This document shows positions 11,519-20,986 of a stretch of 64,000 bases of DNA, piece by piece (the first letter of the stretch is position 1; each line of letters begins with the position of its first letter). Under the pieces are notes generated by a model. That model saw only the letters and a program-made list of their open reading frames with translations. It was not told the DNA's origin and made no database searches. The DNA lies in NCBI GenBank assembly GCA_965226155.1, contig OZ245331.1, forward strand, positions 207,997 to 271,996, given 5' to 3'. The translations under genes were made by a program, and so were the position numbers. The stretch comes from Gammaproteobacteria bacterium. GTDB taxonomy: Bacteria; Pseudomonadota; Gammaproteobacteria; Eutrophobiales; Eutrophobiaceae.

Positions 11519-12190
11519 TTAAATGTGCCTAGTGTCTGTTTTGGCCTTTTCTTGCGCTGAGTTTTTATCTGTATCGGCCAATATCTGTCTTTCCTGTAGG
11601 ACATCATCGATTAGACCATAAGATTTCGCTTCCTCAGAATTCATAAAATAATCTCTTTCTGTATCCTGTTGGATAGTCTCCAGTTTTCGACCGGTATGTA
11701 AAGCCATTATCTTGTCTAATTGATCCCGCGTTTTCAATATCTCGCGGGCATGAATATCTATATCAGAAGCTTGTCCTTGAAACCCACCCAAAGGCTGATG
11801 TATCAAGACACGTGAATGCGTTAAGCAGAATCGTTTGCCTTTTGCGCCACCAGTTAATAATAAGGCTCCCATACTCGCTGCCTGACCGACACACATAGTG
11901 CTTACATCAGGTTTGATAAACTGCATAGTGTCATATATGGCCAAACCTGCTGACACGGAACCACCAGGTGAGTTGATATATAAGTGAATGTCCTTATCTG
12001 GGTTCTCAGATTCTAGGAAAAGCAGCTGTGCAACTATCAGGTTAGCGACATTATCCTCAACGGGGCCGACCAGAAATACCACTCGTTCCTTTAGCAAACG
12101 GGAATAAATATCATAGGAACGCTCACCCCTGGAAGTTTGCTCAACCACCATAGGCACCAGATTTAATGCTTGTATCTCTTTGTTTTTCAT
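11519..12190 (-). CDS. clpP: ClpP protease
   Basis: [18 protein letters not shown] and IHQP. Confidence 0.98.
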   Translation of the reverse strand: MKNKEIQALNLVPMVVEQTSRGERSYDIYSRLLKERVVFLVGPVEDNVANLIVAQLLFLESENPDKDIHLYINSPGGSVSAGLAIYDTMQFIKPDVSTMCVGQAASMGALLLTGGAKGKRFCLTHSRVLIHQPLGGFQGQASDIDIHAREILKTRDQLDKIMALHTGRKLETIQQDTERDYFMNSEEAKSYGLIDDVLQERQILADTDKNSAQEKAKTDTRHI

Positions 12191-12222
12191 ATATATTTTA
12201 ATATTATATCATCATAAGATCA

Positions 12223-13548
12223 TCAATTTCCGTCAGTCTGCCCTTTATTCATTAGCTCGTCAAACGTCATATTCACCTCTTTTACCTTGCATTTTTCAGT
12301 GATCGATAGAATTACTTCATCTTCCAGAGCCAGTGCTTCAACGTCAGCCAGTCGTTGCTTGTCGCCATAATACCAATTAATAACCTGGGTTTTATCCTCA
12401 AAATTTCCTGCTTCCTTTTCGATTAATCTTTTTATCTTTACAGGATCTGCCTTGAGTTCGTGCTGACGAATAAATTCCATGATAATTAATTGTAACCCAA
12501 TCCTTTTCTTTGCCTGCTCCTCAAATATAGATTCGTCAGCAGTCAATTGGTCACTGTCTCCTGATTTGACTCCATATGACTTAAGCTTTTCTGTAAATTG
12601 GTGCTTCAACCTGTGAGCTTCTTCGTGGACCAATGAGTTCGGTAAATCATTTGGGTTTGCTACATACAATGCATCCATCACCGCATCACGAACACGGGTG
12701 CGGATTGCATTCTCAGCTTCCTTGTTCATATTATTCATTACTTCCTTTTTGAATGCTTCTATACCGCCTGCCTTAACTCCAAAAGCTTCAAAAAATTTAT
12801 CATTTAATTCTGGTAATACTGGCTCACTTATCTGCTTTATTTTTACCTTAAATACGACGTCCTTACCCGTAAGCTCTTTATTCGCATAATCATTTGGAAA
12901 TTTCAGTTCGAGCTTAATATCCTCCCCCTTCTTTTTTCCTATCAAGCCCGACTCAAATCCTTCAATAAATCGACCAGCGCCCAACACCAGATTGAAATCC
13001 TTATTGGAACCACCTTCGAATGGTTCCCCATCAATCTCACCATCAAAATCTATTACGAGAGAGTCACATGATTGGGATGCCCTTTTTTTTTCTTTGAATG
13101 TCTGTTGTTGTTTGCGTAGTACGTCAGTCATTTTATTAAAATCATCTTCACCGATCTCACAAACAGGCTTTTTAATTACCAACTTATCCACAGGGGTCAA
13201 TTTGAGATCAGGCATGACTTCAAATTTAGCCGTATAACTCAGGCCCTTCCCCTGTTCCGAACTCAGTGGATCGATTACTGGTTTGCCCGCCGGCTTTAGA
13301 CTTTTCTGGCTAATTGCTTCATAAAAACTCGACTGCACAAGATCGCCTACCACCTCATGCCTGACCTGCTTACCATACCTGGATTCGATCACCTTGAAGG
13401 GAACCTTTCCTGGCCGAAATCCATGAATTTTCTTCGTCTTTGACAATGATTTAAGGCGGTTTTGTACCTCGGTAGCAATACGATCTTCAGGGAGCTCGAT
13501 TTTCAATTCCCTCTCTAGCTTGCCTTTCGTTTCAACTGATACCTGCAT
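12223..13548 (-). CDS. tig: Trigger factor
   Basis: GFRPGKVP ribosome-binding motif, FKBP domain, position upstream of clpP. Confidence 0.97.
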   Translation of the reverse strand: MQVSVETKGKLERELKIELPEDRIATEVQNRLKSLSKTKKIHGFRPGKVPFKVIESRYGKQVRHEVVGDLVQSSFYEAISQKSLKPAGKPVIDPLSSEQGKGLSYTAKFEVMPDLKLTPVDKLVIKKPVCEIGEDDFNKMTDVLRKQQQTFKEKKRASQSCDSLVIDFDGEIDGEPFEGGSNKDFNLVLGAGRFIEGFESGLIGKKKGEDIKLELKFPNDYANKELTGKDVVFKVKIKQISEPVLPELNDKFFEAFGVKAGGIEAFKKEVMNNMNKEAENAIRTRVRDAVMDALYVANPNDLPNSLVHEEAHRLKHQFTEKLKSYGVKSGDSDQLTADESIFEEQAKKRIGLQLIIMEFIRQHELKADPVKIKRLIEKEAGNFEDKTQVINWYYGDKQRLADVEALALEDEVILSITEKCKVKEVNMTFDELMNKGQTDGN

Positions 13549-13597
13549 ACGTTTCTATTCCTATCAATATTTCATATGTATTTCAGAAGGTTAATCT

Positions 13598-13682
13598 TGG
13601 TGCGAAAGGAGAGACTCGAACTCTCACGGGTCGCCCCGCTGGCTCCTAAAGCCAGTGCGTCTACCAATTCCGCCACTTTCGC
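13598..13682 (-). tRNA. tRNA-Leu (TAG)
   Basis: Reverse complement GCGAAAGTGGCGGAATTGGTAGACGCACTGGCTT-TAG-GAGCCAG...GTTCGAGTCTCTCCTTTCGCACCA, 85 nt with a long variable arm. Confidence 0.96.
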
Positions 13683-13892
13683 ATTGTACCGTGAATAACC
13701 GCCCATGCATTCTACAAACACCAAGCCAAACAACATCCTGAATCTACTGCTAACCACATAATCTGCACGGCCAGAATTGGAATGTAGTTCAAAGATTTTT
13801 AGGACGGGTAAAATAATTAGTCTGGAGAATTAAGCAAGCGCTTCCCCAGGGTAAGATTAGCCAAATTAGTTACACTTCGTGTGAGAAGGACT

Positions 13893-14259
13893 TTAGAAAC
13901 ATTCCTGGGTAAACTGCTGACAGGTTCGCCGACAACTCCTGGTGGTGCCACCAGCACCCACGATTTATATAGGTACAATCTTCTCCCCACCTGCCACAAA
14001 CAGTCATGCACTTCTTTTCCTTTTCATTGCTGGCTCCGCCAGATTCCGGTAGCAATAGCGACCCAGAAGGCACCTGAGCCTGACGTTGGTTGCCTTCGCC
14101 CTCAGCAATCATAACCACACCCGATGTATCGTGTGATATATGCTGTGAAATAAGGTCCATCTCTGTTGCTTGGCTATCTACATAAGGAAGGGCGTAAGCA
14201 CTGGTAATAATACCCAGCAGCATTGGTGCACATAACAACTTAGAGAGTGTTGAAAACAT
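13893..14259 (-). CDS. Secreted hypothetical protein with a C-terminal six-cysteine module; apparent 1-nt frameshift at 13957-13959
   Basis: Signal peptide MFSTLSKLLCAPMLLGIITSAYA. Removing one G from CGTGGGTGCT gives ...KCMTVCGRWGEDCTYINRGAGGTTRSCRRTCQQFTQECF-stop (121 aa). Confidence 0.65.
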
Positions 14260-14326
14260 AGTATTTGGACCGCGACGGGTTATATGGTTCCAGTCATTAT
14301 ATTGAAAATCGGTAATTATTTTACTA

Positions 14327-15395
14327 CGTGAATTCAATTTGTAAGTGCAACTCAATTAGGTGGCACGAACGGCAAGCTGCGGTAGCATCCTTACCTTTCG
14401 TTCCAGCAAGAAAGAGAGGCACAGATGAGACACTACACACAGCTTACCGAGCATCAACGTTACCAGATTTACGCCCTGATGAAAGCAGGACATACACAAA
14501 CGGAGATAGCCACCTTGATAGGCGTGCATAAATCTACTATTAGCCGTGAACTCAGACGCAACCGTGGCTTGAGAGGCTATCGACCCCGCCAAGCTCAGTT
14601 GCTCTGGCAAGCGCGTCGAGAAGCCAGTCAACAACAGCGACTCCCCACGACCTTGTGGGAGCGAGTAGCGGTCTGGCTGCGGGACGAATGGAGTCCTGAG
14701 CAAATCAGTGACTGGTTGCATAAACGAGAAGGTATCGCTCTGAGTCATGAATGGATATATCACTACATATACCAGGACAAGGCAGACGGCGGTGAGCTGT
14801 ACCGGTACTTGCGTTGCCAGAAGAAACGAAAGAAGCGTTATGGTAGTTATCAACGTCGTGGGGTTCTGGTGAATCAGGGCAGCATTGATAAGCGTCCAGC
14901 CATTGTGAACAGGAAGACACGCATCGGTGACTGGGAAGTGGACACCGTCATCGGCAAAGGCCATCGACAGGCGCTGGTCACCTTGAGCGAGCGCAAGTCG
15001 ATGTACACCTTGATTTGCACATGTGAAACGACGAACTGCCTCTGCCGTCAGGCAAGCTATCGTGCGATTGTTGTCTAATATGAAGGCGTCGGTTCACACG
15101 ATCACCTCGGATAATGGGAAAGAATTTGCTGAGCATGAGGTTATTGCTCAACAATTGAACGCGGGGTTCTATTTTGCACATCCTTATGCCTCCTGGGAAC
15201 GGGGTTTAAATGAAAATATCAATGGTCTCATTCGACAGTACTTCCCAAAGAAAATGGACTCCAGCACGATTACACAAAAGCAGTTAAACTTGGTCATGAA
15301 AAAACTCAATCACCGTCCCAGAAAAACACTTAATTCAAAAACACCACATGAAGTCTTTTTTAACATCAACGTTGCACTTCAAAGTTGAATCCGCG
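14327..15395 (+). mobile_element. IS30-family insertion sequence, copy 1 (1069 bp)
   Basis: Terminal IRs CGTGAATTCAATTTGTAAGTGCAAC and CGCGGATTCAACTTTGAAGTGCAAC (20/25 match). 3-bp direct repeat CTA at 14324-14326 and 15396-15398. Internal IS30 transposase. Confidence 0.93.
14425..15388 (+). pseudogene. IS30-family transposase, frameshifted at 15014-15016
   Basis: HTH (IGVHKSTISRELRRN), GDWEVD, DNGKEF, WERGLNEN and LNHRPRK. It has TTT where copy 2 has TT, which splits the ORF. Confidence 0.88.
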
Positions 15396-15491
15396 CTATT
15401 AAATCCCCGCCATTTATTTAGATTAAACATGACTATCAAACCGTTAAGTATTTATTAGCTTACATTTCTTTTCAATTGGTAAAACAGAGGA

Positions 15492-15788
15492 CTAATTTAA
15501 TGCGTCCAGAATATCATCATCACCCGCTAGTACGAATATGTGTTCTCTCGGAGGTGCATCACATAGAGCACCGCCGTAAAACCTGATCATGGTATCGCAA
15601 TCTGGACTACACACAGGAGAAAAATAAATTGCGATCATACCATTCTTGTAATCATCGTCAGACAAAATGGCCATATCTGACGGGTCAGCTACTTTCATAT
15701 AAACCGCCAGAAACTGATCCTTCAACTTATTTAATATACCTTCTTCTTCGATTTGCGCATTTGTAAAAACAACATGGTGCCATTCCAT
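15492..15788 (-). CDS. Small acidic hypothetical protein
   Basis: GAGGTG SD before the ATG. 98 aa containing IYFSPVCSPDC. No family recognised. Confidence 0.65.
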   Translation of the reverse strand: MEWHHVVFTNAQIEEEGILNKLKDQFLAVYMKVADPSDMAILSDDDYKNGMIAIYFSPVCSPDCDTMIRFYGGALCDAPPREHIFVLAGDDDILDALN

Positions 15789-16155
15789 ACTAATCACCTC
15801 TGATGATATTCACAGGACTTATAGTTTAATCTTTAACGACAGGGCTGTCATGGGATAACGGGAAAACCTGACACATTGAAATTGCAGGGTATATTCAGAT
15901 AAATCATGCAACAGAACGCAGGTGGCTGGAAATGCCTGACAATAAATACTTATGCTCTAACGAAAAACGCACATGATCATTCCAGGTGACTGACTACTAA
16001 TCAGGCAACATGTAGCAACATACTAGGGACTATCATATAATGCCCAGCATTGCCTGACGGGAGATTAGGTAAGATCTCTGGAGGGTGCTTTGATATTTGT
16101 ATCATTACCATCCCCATGAGTTTATGAGGGTAGAATTTTAACTGAGGAGGTAATC

Positions 16156-16461
16156 ATGCCTACAGTTGTAACTGATAACTGCCTGCGTTGTCGCTTTACC
16201 GATTGTGTTGCTGTATGTCCAGTTGAATGTTTCCATTACGACGACGAGATGCTTTATATAGACCCAGATGTTTGCATAGACTGTAGTGCGTGTATTCCTG
16301 AGTGTCCGGTTCAAGCAATATATGAAGAAGATGACTTGCCTGAAGATAAAACGGACTGGCTAGAAATCAATGCCAGTAAGGCAGCTGACTTGCCTGTATG
16401 CTCAGAGCCTATGGATCCTCTTCCAGGTGCTGAAGAAAGGAAAACGGAACTGGGCTTCTAG
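16156..16461 (+). CDS. fdxA: FdxA-type dicluster ferredoxin ([3Fe-4S]/[4Fe-4S] or 2x[4Fe-4S])
   Basis: CLRCRFTDCVAVCPVECF and IDPDVCIDCSACIPECPVQAI. Strong GAGGAGG SD. Confidence 0.9.
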   Translation: MPTVVTDNCLRCRFTDCVAVCPVECFHYDDEMLYIDPDVCIDCSACIPECPVQAIYEEDDLPEDKTDWLEINASKAADLPVCSEPMDPLPGAEERKTELGF

Positions 16462-16549
16462 ATTCCTCGCACCATAAAATAAATTATATATGGCTGGATG
16501 TGGTTTATCCAAGGTTTAGCTCTGTAACCAGAGTCGATCGAGATATTGA

Positions 16550-17929
16550 ATGAGCACAGTTGGCAGCAAACAAAATCCGTTAAACATTGCCATTATTGGA
16601 AGCGGACCTAGTGGGTTTTATGCAACTGAAGCTTTATTAAAATCCGATAAAACCATAAATATCTCGATGTTTGAAAAGCTTCCCATCCCGTACGGATTGG
16701 TTCGAAGCGGAGTTGCTCCCGATCATCCAAAGTTAAAGCGAGCAATTGATGTCTATGCCAAAATTGCAGAAGCGCCAGAATTTACCTTCTTTTGCAACGT
16801 CACAATTGGCAAAGACTTGTCTATCGATGAAATTCGATCCAATTTCCATGCATTGATACTCACCTGCGGTGCCGAATCAGACCGTAAACTGAATATCCCT
16901 GGAGAAGACCTGAGAGGCAGCCACACCGCAACTGAATTCGTGGGCTGGTACAACGGACATCCCGATTACAGAGACCGTACATTCGATCTATCCAATGAAA
17001 CAGCTGTGATAATCGGACAGGGAAATGTCGCAGCTGATGTTGGACGTATTCTTGCAAAGACCCCGGATGAGTTAAAGCACACTGATATAGCTGAACATGC
17101 CTTTAAGGTACTCACAGAAAGTAAAATCCGTAATATTCATGTAATCGGCCGCCGTGGTCCCGCCCAGGCGAAATTTACCTCTAAGGAATTAAAAGAATTC
17201 GGGGAGTTGGCAGACTGTCATGCTATCGTCAATCCTGATGAACTGCTGTTGAATACAGAGAGCTCAGCTGAATTAGAGGAAAAAACCAATGTAGTCGGCA
17301 AAAAAGTTTATGAATTATTTGAAAGTTTTGCTGCACAAGGAAATTCCTCACCTAAGAAAAAGCGAATACATTTTACATTTCTCAAAAGTCCGATCAGGAT
17401 TACTGGAAACAACAAGGTTGAAAAAATTGACCTTGAGATAAATAAACTCTCTGGGAAGCCTTTCAAACAATCAGCTACTGGCACAGGAAACAATATTGAT
17501 TTGAATACAGGTATCGTGTTTCGGAGCATCGGATATAGAGGTCTCCCGATTACTGGAGTTCCGTTTGATGATCAGCGTGGCATTATTCCAAACAGTAACG
17601 GCCGTGTGACTGACGGAACGACGATTGTTCCGAATACTTATGTTGCTGGATGGATCAAACGGGGTCCGACAGGCATAATCGGAACCAACCGCGCTGATAG
17701 TGTCGAAACCGTACATTCACTGATTGAAGATTTCGATAAATCTAGTAACCAAACTCAAAATAACGGCGCTAAAGAAGCTAGATCCTTATTAGATGCAAGG
17801 GGTATTCACTACATTAGTTTTTCAGATTGGAAAAAAATCGACCAGAGTGAGATTGATCGTGGTATAAAAAAAGATAAACCTAGAGAAAAATATACTTACA
17901 TACAAGAAATTTTGAGTATTCTGAAATAA
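16550..17929 (+). CDS. Ferredoxin-NADP+ reductase, adrenodoxin-reductase/FprA type
   Basis: IGSGPSGFY, GLVRSGVAPDH, FVGWYNGHP, IGQGNVAADV, RRGP and GWIKRGPTGIIGTN. Confidence 0.92.
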   Translation: MSTVGSKQNPLNIAIIGSGPSGFYATEALLKSDKTINISMFEKLPIPYGLVRSGVAPDHPKLKRAIDVYAKIAEAPEFTFFCNVTIGKDLSIDEIRSNFHALILTCGAESDRKLNIPGEDLRGSHTATEFVGWYNGHPDYRDRTFDLSNETAVIIGQGNVAADVGRILAKTPDELKHTDIAEHAFKVLTESKIRNIHVIGRRGPAQAKFTSKELKEFGELADCHAIVNPDELLLNTESSAELEEKTNVVGKKVYELFESFAAQGNSSPKKKRIHFTFLKSPIRITGNNKVEKIDLEINKLSGKPFKQSATGTGNNIDLNTGIVFRSIGYRGLPITGVPFDDQRGIIPNSNGRVTDGTTIVPNTYVAGWIKRGPTGIIGTNRADSVETVHSLIEDFDKSSNQTQNNGAKEARSLLDARGIHYISFSDWKKIDQSEIDRGIKKDKPREKYTYIQEILSILK

Positions 17930-17987
17930 TCACTGCTATTTTCTTATCCCCGTAATATGGTACGAGATAAATATCTTTCGCAGAATT

Positions 17988-19250
17988 TTATTGCAGATAT
18001 ACAGTCACTGCTGCAGAAATTTTTTCGATAGCACCCTGATTTTTGTTAATTACTTGTTTCGCCCTTTCTCCCATATTAAAACGAAGATTAGCATCATTAA
18101 GCAGTCGAACTACCGTTTCAGCTAATTCACTATAATTAGCTACTTTGATTAATGCGTCAGCTTCAGTCAGCAGTGTGGAGATCTCCCTAAAATTAAATAG
18201 ATGTGAACCAGTGATAACTGGTACACCTAAGCAGGCAGGCTCAAGCATATTATGACCACCATTTGGTACTAAACTACCCCCTACGAACGCAATATCCGAC
18301 GCTCCATAATAGGTTGGCAATCTACCAAGGGTATCCAGAATAAAAATTTGGGTGTCAGAAGAATATTGACTGGAATTACTGTACAACACTGTTTCATATC
18401 CATTTTTTTCACACAATTCGACTATTCGCTCAAAGCGGTGAGGATGCCGTGGGGCAATGACCAATAAACTCTCTGGAATAGATTTCAGGATATCGCCTAG
18501 CGCCGTAAGGATAATCTTTTCTTCACCTTCATGGGTACTAGCAGCGATCCAGACTGGCCGATTAGAAAATAAACGTCGCACAACCTCTGCTTCTTCGAAG
18601 ATACTGTGAGGAAGCTTGATATCAAATTTTAGATTTCCCATAACCGCTACTTTTTCAGTTGAAACACCCAACAATTTAAATCGATCTGCGTCTTCTTCGC
18701 TCTGTGCTGCAATCAATGATGTACATTCAAGTGCTTGTCTCGTCAGTTTCTTTAGCAAGTTGTATCCGTTTAACGAACGTTTTGACAACCTAGCGTTGAT
18801 TAATGTAATCGGTATTTCAAGATCGCTACATTGCTGGTATAGGTTTGGCCAAATTTCGGTTTCGAGTATAATTAGTAAAATTGGGTTAAAAATCTTGAGA
18901 AAACGTGACACCACGAAAGGTAGGTCGTAAGGAAAATACCGATGTAAGACAGAGTCGCCAAAAAGTTGGCTCGCTGTCTCAGCCCCTGTAGGAGTCGTCG
19001 TTGTAATGAGAACCTGAAACTGATGGAAATTTGACAACAAAAATTCAATAAGTGGCTTAGATGCCTGTATTTCACCTACTGACACGGCATGTACCCAAAT
19101 AATGCGGCGGTTGATCCCGGAAGATGGCGTAATTCCGAATCGCTCAGACCAGCGCTTCCGGTATTCAGGGTTTTTAGTGCCGAGATAATAAAGCCGAATT
19201 AGCACATAGGGTACTAGCAGATACAATATCAACGTATACAATCGAAACAT
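17988..19250 (-). CDS. waaA: Kdo transferase WaaA
   Basis: WVHAVSVGE, ETEIWPN, IAPRHP and GGHNMLEPA. Confidence 0.96.
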   Translation of the reverse strand: MFRLYTLILYLLVPYVLIRLYYLGTKNPEYRKRWSERFGITPSSGINRRIIWVHAVSVGEIQASKPLIEFLLSNFHQFQVLITTTTPTGAETASQLFGDSVLHRYFPYDLPFVVSRFLKIFNPILLIILETEIWPNLYQQCSDLEIPITLINARLSKRSLNGYNLLKKLTRQALECTSLIAAQSEEDADRFKLLGVSTEKVAVMGNLKFDIKLPHSIFEEAEVVRRLFSNRPVWIAASTHEGEEKIILTALGDILKSIPESLLVIAPRHPHRFERIVELCEKNGYETVLYSNSSQYSSDTQIFILDTLGRLPTYYGASDIAFVGGSLVPNGGHNMLEPACLGVPVITGSHLFNFREISTLLTEADALIKVANYSELAETVVRLLNDANLRFNMGERAKQVINKNQGAIEKISAAVTVYLQ

Positions 19251-19405
19251 AATGGAAATAGGCAAACCTAATCTAGAATCCAGAGCCAGCTATCGACAGG
19301 ATGTTTGAAGGAAACTCTGGGGATATTTTAACATATTATAACAACGACCTTTTATATCTCTTAATAAACCGAATCTTAACATGAAGTAAATGTCTTAGTA
19401 GCTAT

Positions 19406-20128
19406 ATGAACCTGATTCTCACAAGCTTTGTCGGCCTTATGATGGTATCAATAACTACGATGGCAGACAGTGCTATTACACATTTAGATGGATTTACCGC
19501 AACTTATGACTTGTATAATCGTGGTATCCGCGTGGCAGAGATGAAACGCAATCTATCCCAGCAAGATGACGGCTTTTACCATTTTCGTTCTGAATCCCAC
19601 ACCGTCGGACTCGTATCTTTATTTCGTGACGATCAGATAATTGAGGAAAGCACCTGGGAGCTCGAAAACGGAGTTATCAAAGCGGTATTTTATAAATACC
19701 TGCACACAGGGAGGAAAAAGCAAAGAAACGTTACAGTCGATTTTGATTGGAAACGAAACCAAATTATCAATTCAGTAAATGGATCATCATGGGAGATGCC
19801 GTTTAAACCAGGCACCCTGGACAAATTACTGTACCAATATTTAATCATGCTTGACCTAGAATCGAATAAATTACCACTGTCGTATATCATAGCAGATGGC
19901 GGTAAAGAGAAAATTTATGACTTTGAGTTACTGGGAGAAGAAGTGATCAAAACACCCCTAGGAGATTTGCAGACATTGAAAATCACCCAACATAAACTGA
20001 ACAGCGATGTTCAAACAACACTATGGTGTGCGAAAGATATTAACTACCTTCCTGTAAAAGTAGAACACATTGAGCACGATGGCACTACCGTTGCCATTAT
20101 CAATTCGCTAGACGGGTTCGGCTACTGA
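19406..20128 (+). CDS. Exported beta-rich protein, DUF3108-like
   Basis: Signal peptide. GEEVIKTPLGDLQTLK and LWCAKDINYLPVK resemble DUF3108. Confidence 0.7.
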   Translation: MNLILTSFVGLMMVSITTMADSAITHLDGFTATYDLYNRGIRVAEMKRNLSQQDDGFYHFRSESHTVGLVSLFRDDQIIEESTWELENGVIKAVFYKYLHTGRKKQRNVTVDFDWKRNQIINSVNGSSWEMPFKPGTLDKLLYQYLIMLDLESNKLPLSYIIADGGKEKIYDFELLGEEVIKTPLGDLQTLKITQHKLNSDVQTTLWCAKDINYLPVKVEHIEHDGTTVAIINSLDGFGY

Positions 20129-20838
20129 TTACTTACCACAAGACTAAGCAATTCATCAGGCGTTTTATAACCCTGTATTAATCTACCATCTTCAGTATAT
20201 AGTGTTGGTGTGGCGCGAACGCCTAGCGACAACCCTAGCTCAAACTGGTCGTTGATGGGGTTGGCACAACTAACTTCGCTTATCCCCTTACCCGTCATGG
20301 CATTCTTAAATGCCTGGTTTCGATCTGTTGCACACCAGATTGATTCCATATTTCGGGATGTCTGAGTACCCGCTCCGTCGCGAGGAAAGGCGAGATATTT
20401 GATCGAGATACCCCTCTTGTTATACTCAGCCATATCATTTTGAAATTTCTGGCAATAACCACAGGTAATATCTGTAAAGACGTAAACTGTATGTTTTTGG
20501 TTATTGGCAGGAAATTTAATATAGTCGCCTTCGGGGATATTATTGAGAATACCAACACGTGCCACTGTACGCTGCTGTTCACTTAAGTTAAGTCGGTTTG
20601 CTAAATCGAATAATTCACCACGAAACATGTATTTGCCATCCTTGGAAATATATAAAACCTCTGCTCCAACCAACACTTCATATATACCCGGAATTTTTGA
20701 TTCACGAATGTGTGATACTTCCGTACCCAGCAGAATTTTTTCGAGCGATTCAGTGATCTTGTCGTTGGCGGTTTGATCAGCACTGGAATTTATATGTCCT
20801 AACGAACAGATTAGTAAAAGTAGCAATTTCAGTCGCAT
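20122..20838 (-). CDS. dsbC: Disulfide isomerase DsbC
   Basis: Signal peptide, FTDITCGYC, AFPR and GVRATP. Confidence 0.92.
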   Translation of the reverse strand: MRLKLLLLLICSLGHINSSADQTANDKITESLEKILLGTEVSHIRESKIPGIYEVLVGAEVLYISKDGKYMFRGELFDLANRLNLSEQQRTVARVGILNNIPEGDYIKFPANNQKHTVYVFTDITCGYCQKFQNDMAEYNKRGISIKYLAFPRDGAGTQTSRNMESIWCATDRNQAFKNAMTGKGISEVSCANPINDQFELGLSLGVRATPTLYTEDGRLIQGYKTPDELLSLVVSNQ

Positions 20839-20986
20839 ACGAGCCTCCTAGGCTAGATAATAATAAAAATTACCCATATAAACATCCACAAGACTAGGGC
20901 ATCTTATCAGATATTCTATTAATGTTGTTGTTCCAAGCCGATGAAAATATGATAATTTTTTCTGGAACTATGTATCAAAACAAAAC

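Noticed and set aside
13572-13757. 61-aa ORF in the track
   Set aside because: It overlaps tRNA-Leu completely and is spurious.
14356-14964. 202-aa antisense ORF in the IS
   Set aside because: Shadow of the transposase with no recognisable motifs.
16090-16105. FNR box upstream of the ferredoxin (TTGAT...ATCAT)
   Set aside because: The half-sites are 6 nt apart rather than 4, and the site lies downstream of the apparent -10.
13598-17950. tRNA-Leu-anchored genomic island
   Set aside because: The accessory genes lie on the 5' side of the tRNA. I saw no integrase and no duplicated tRNA 3' end.
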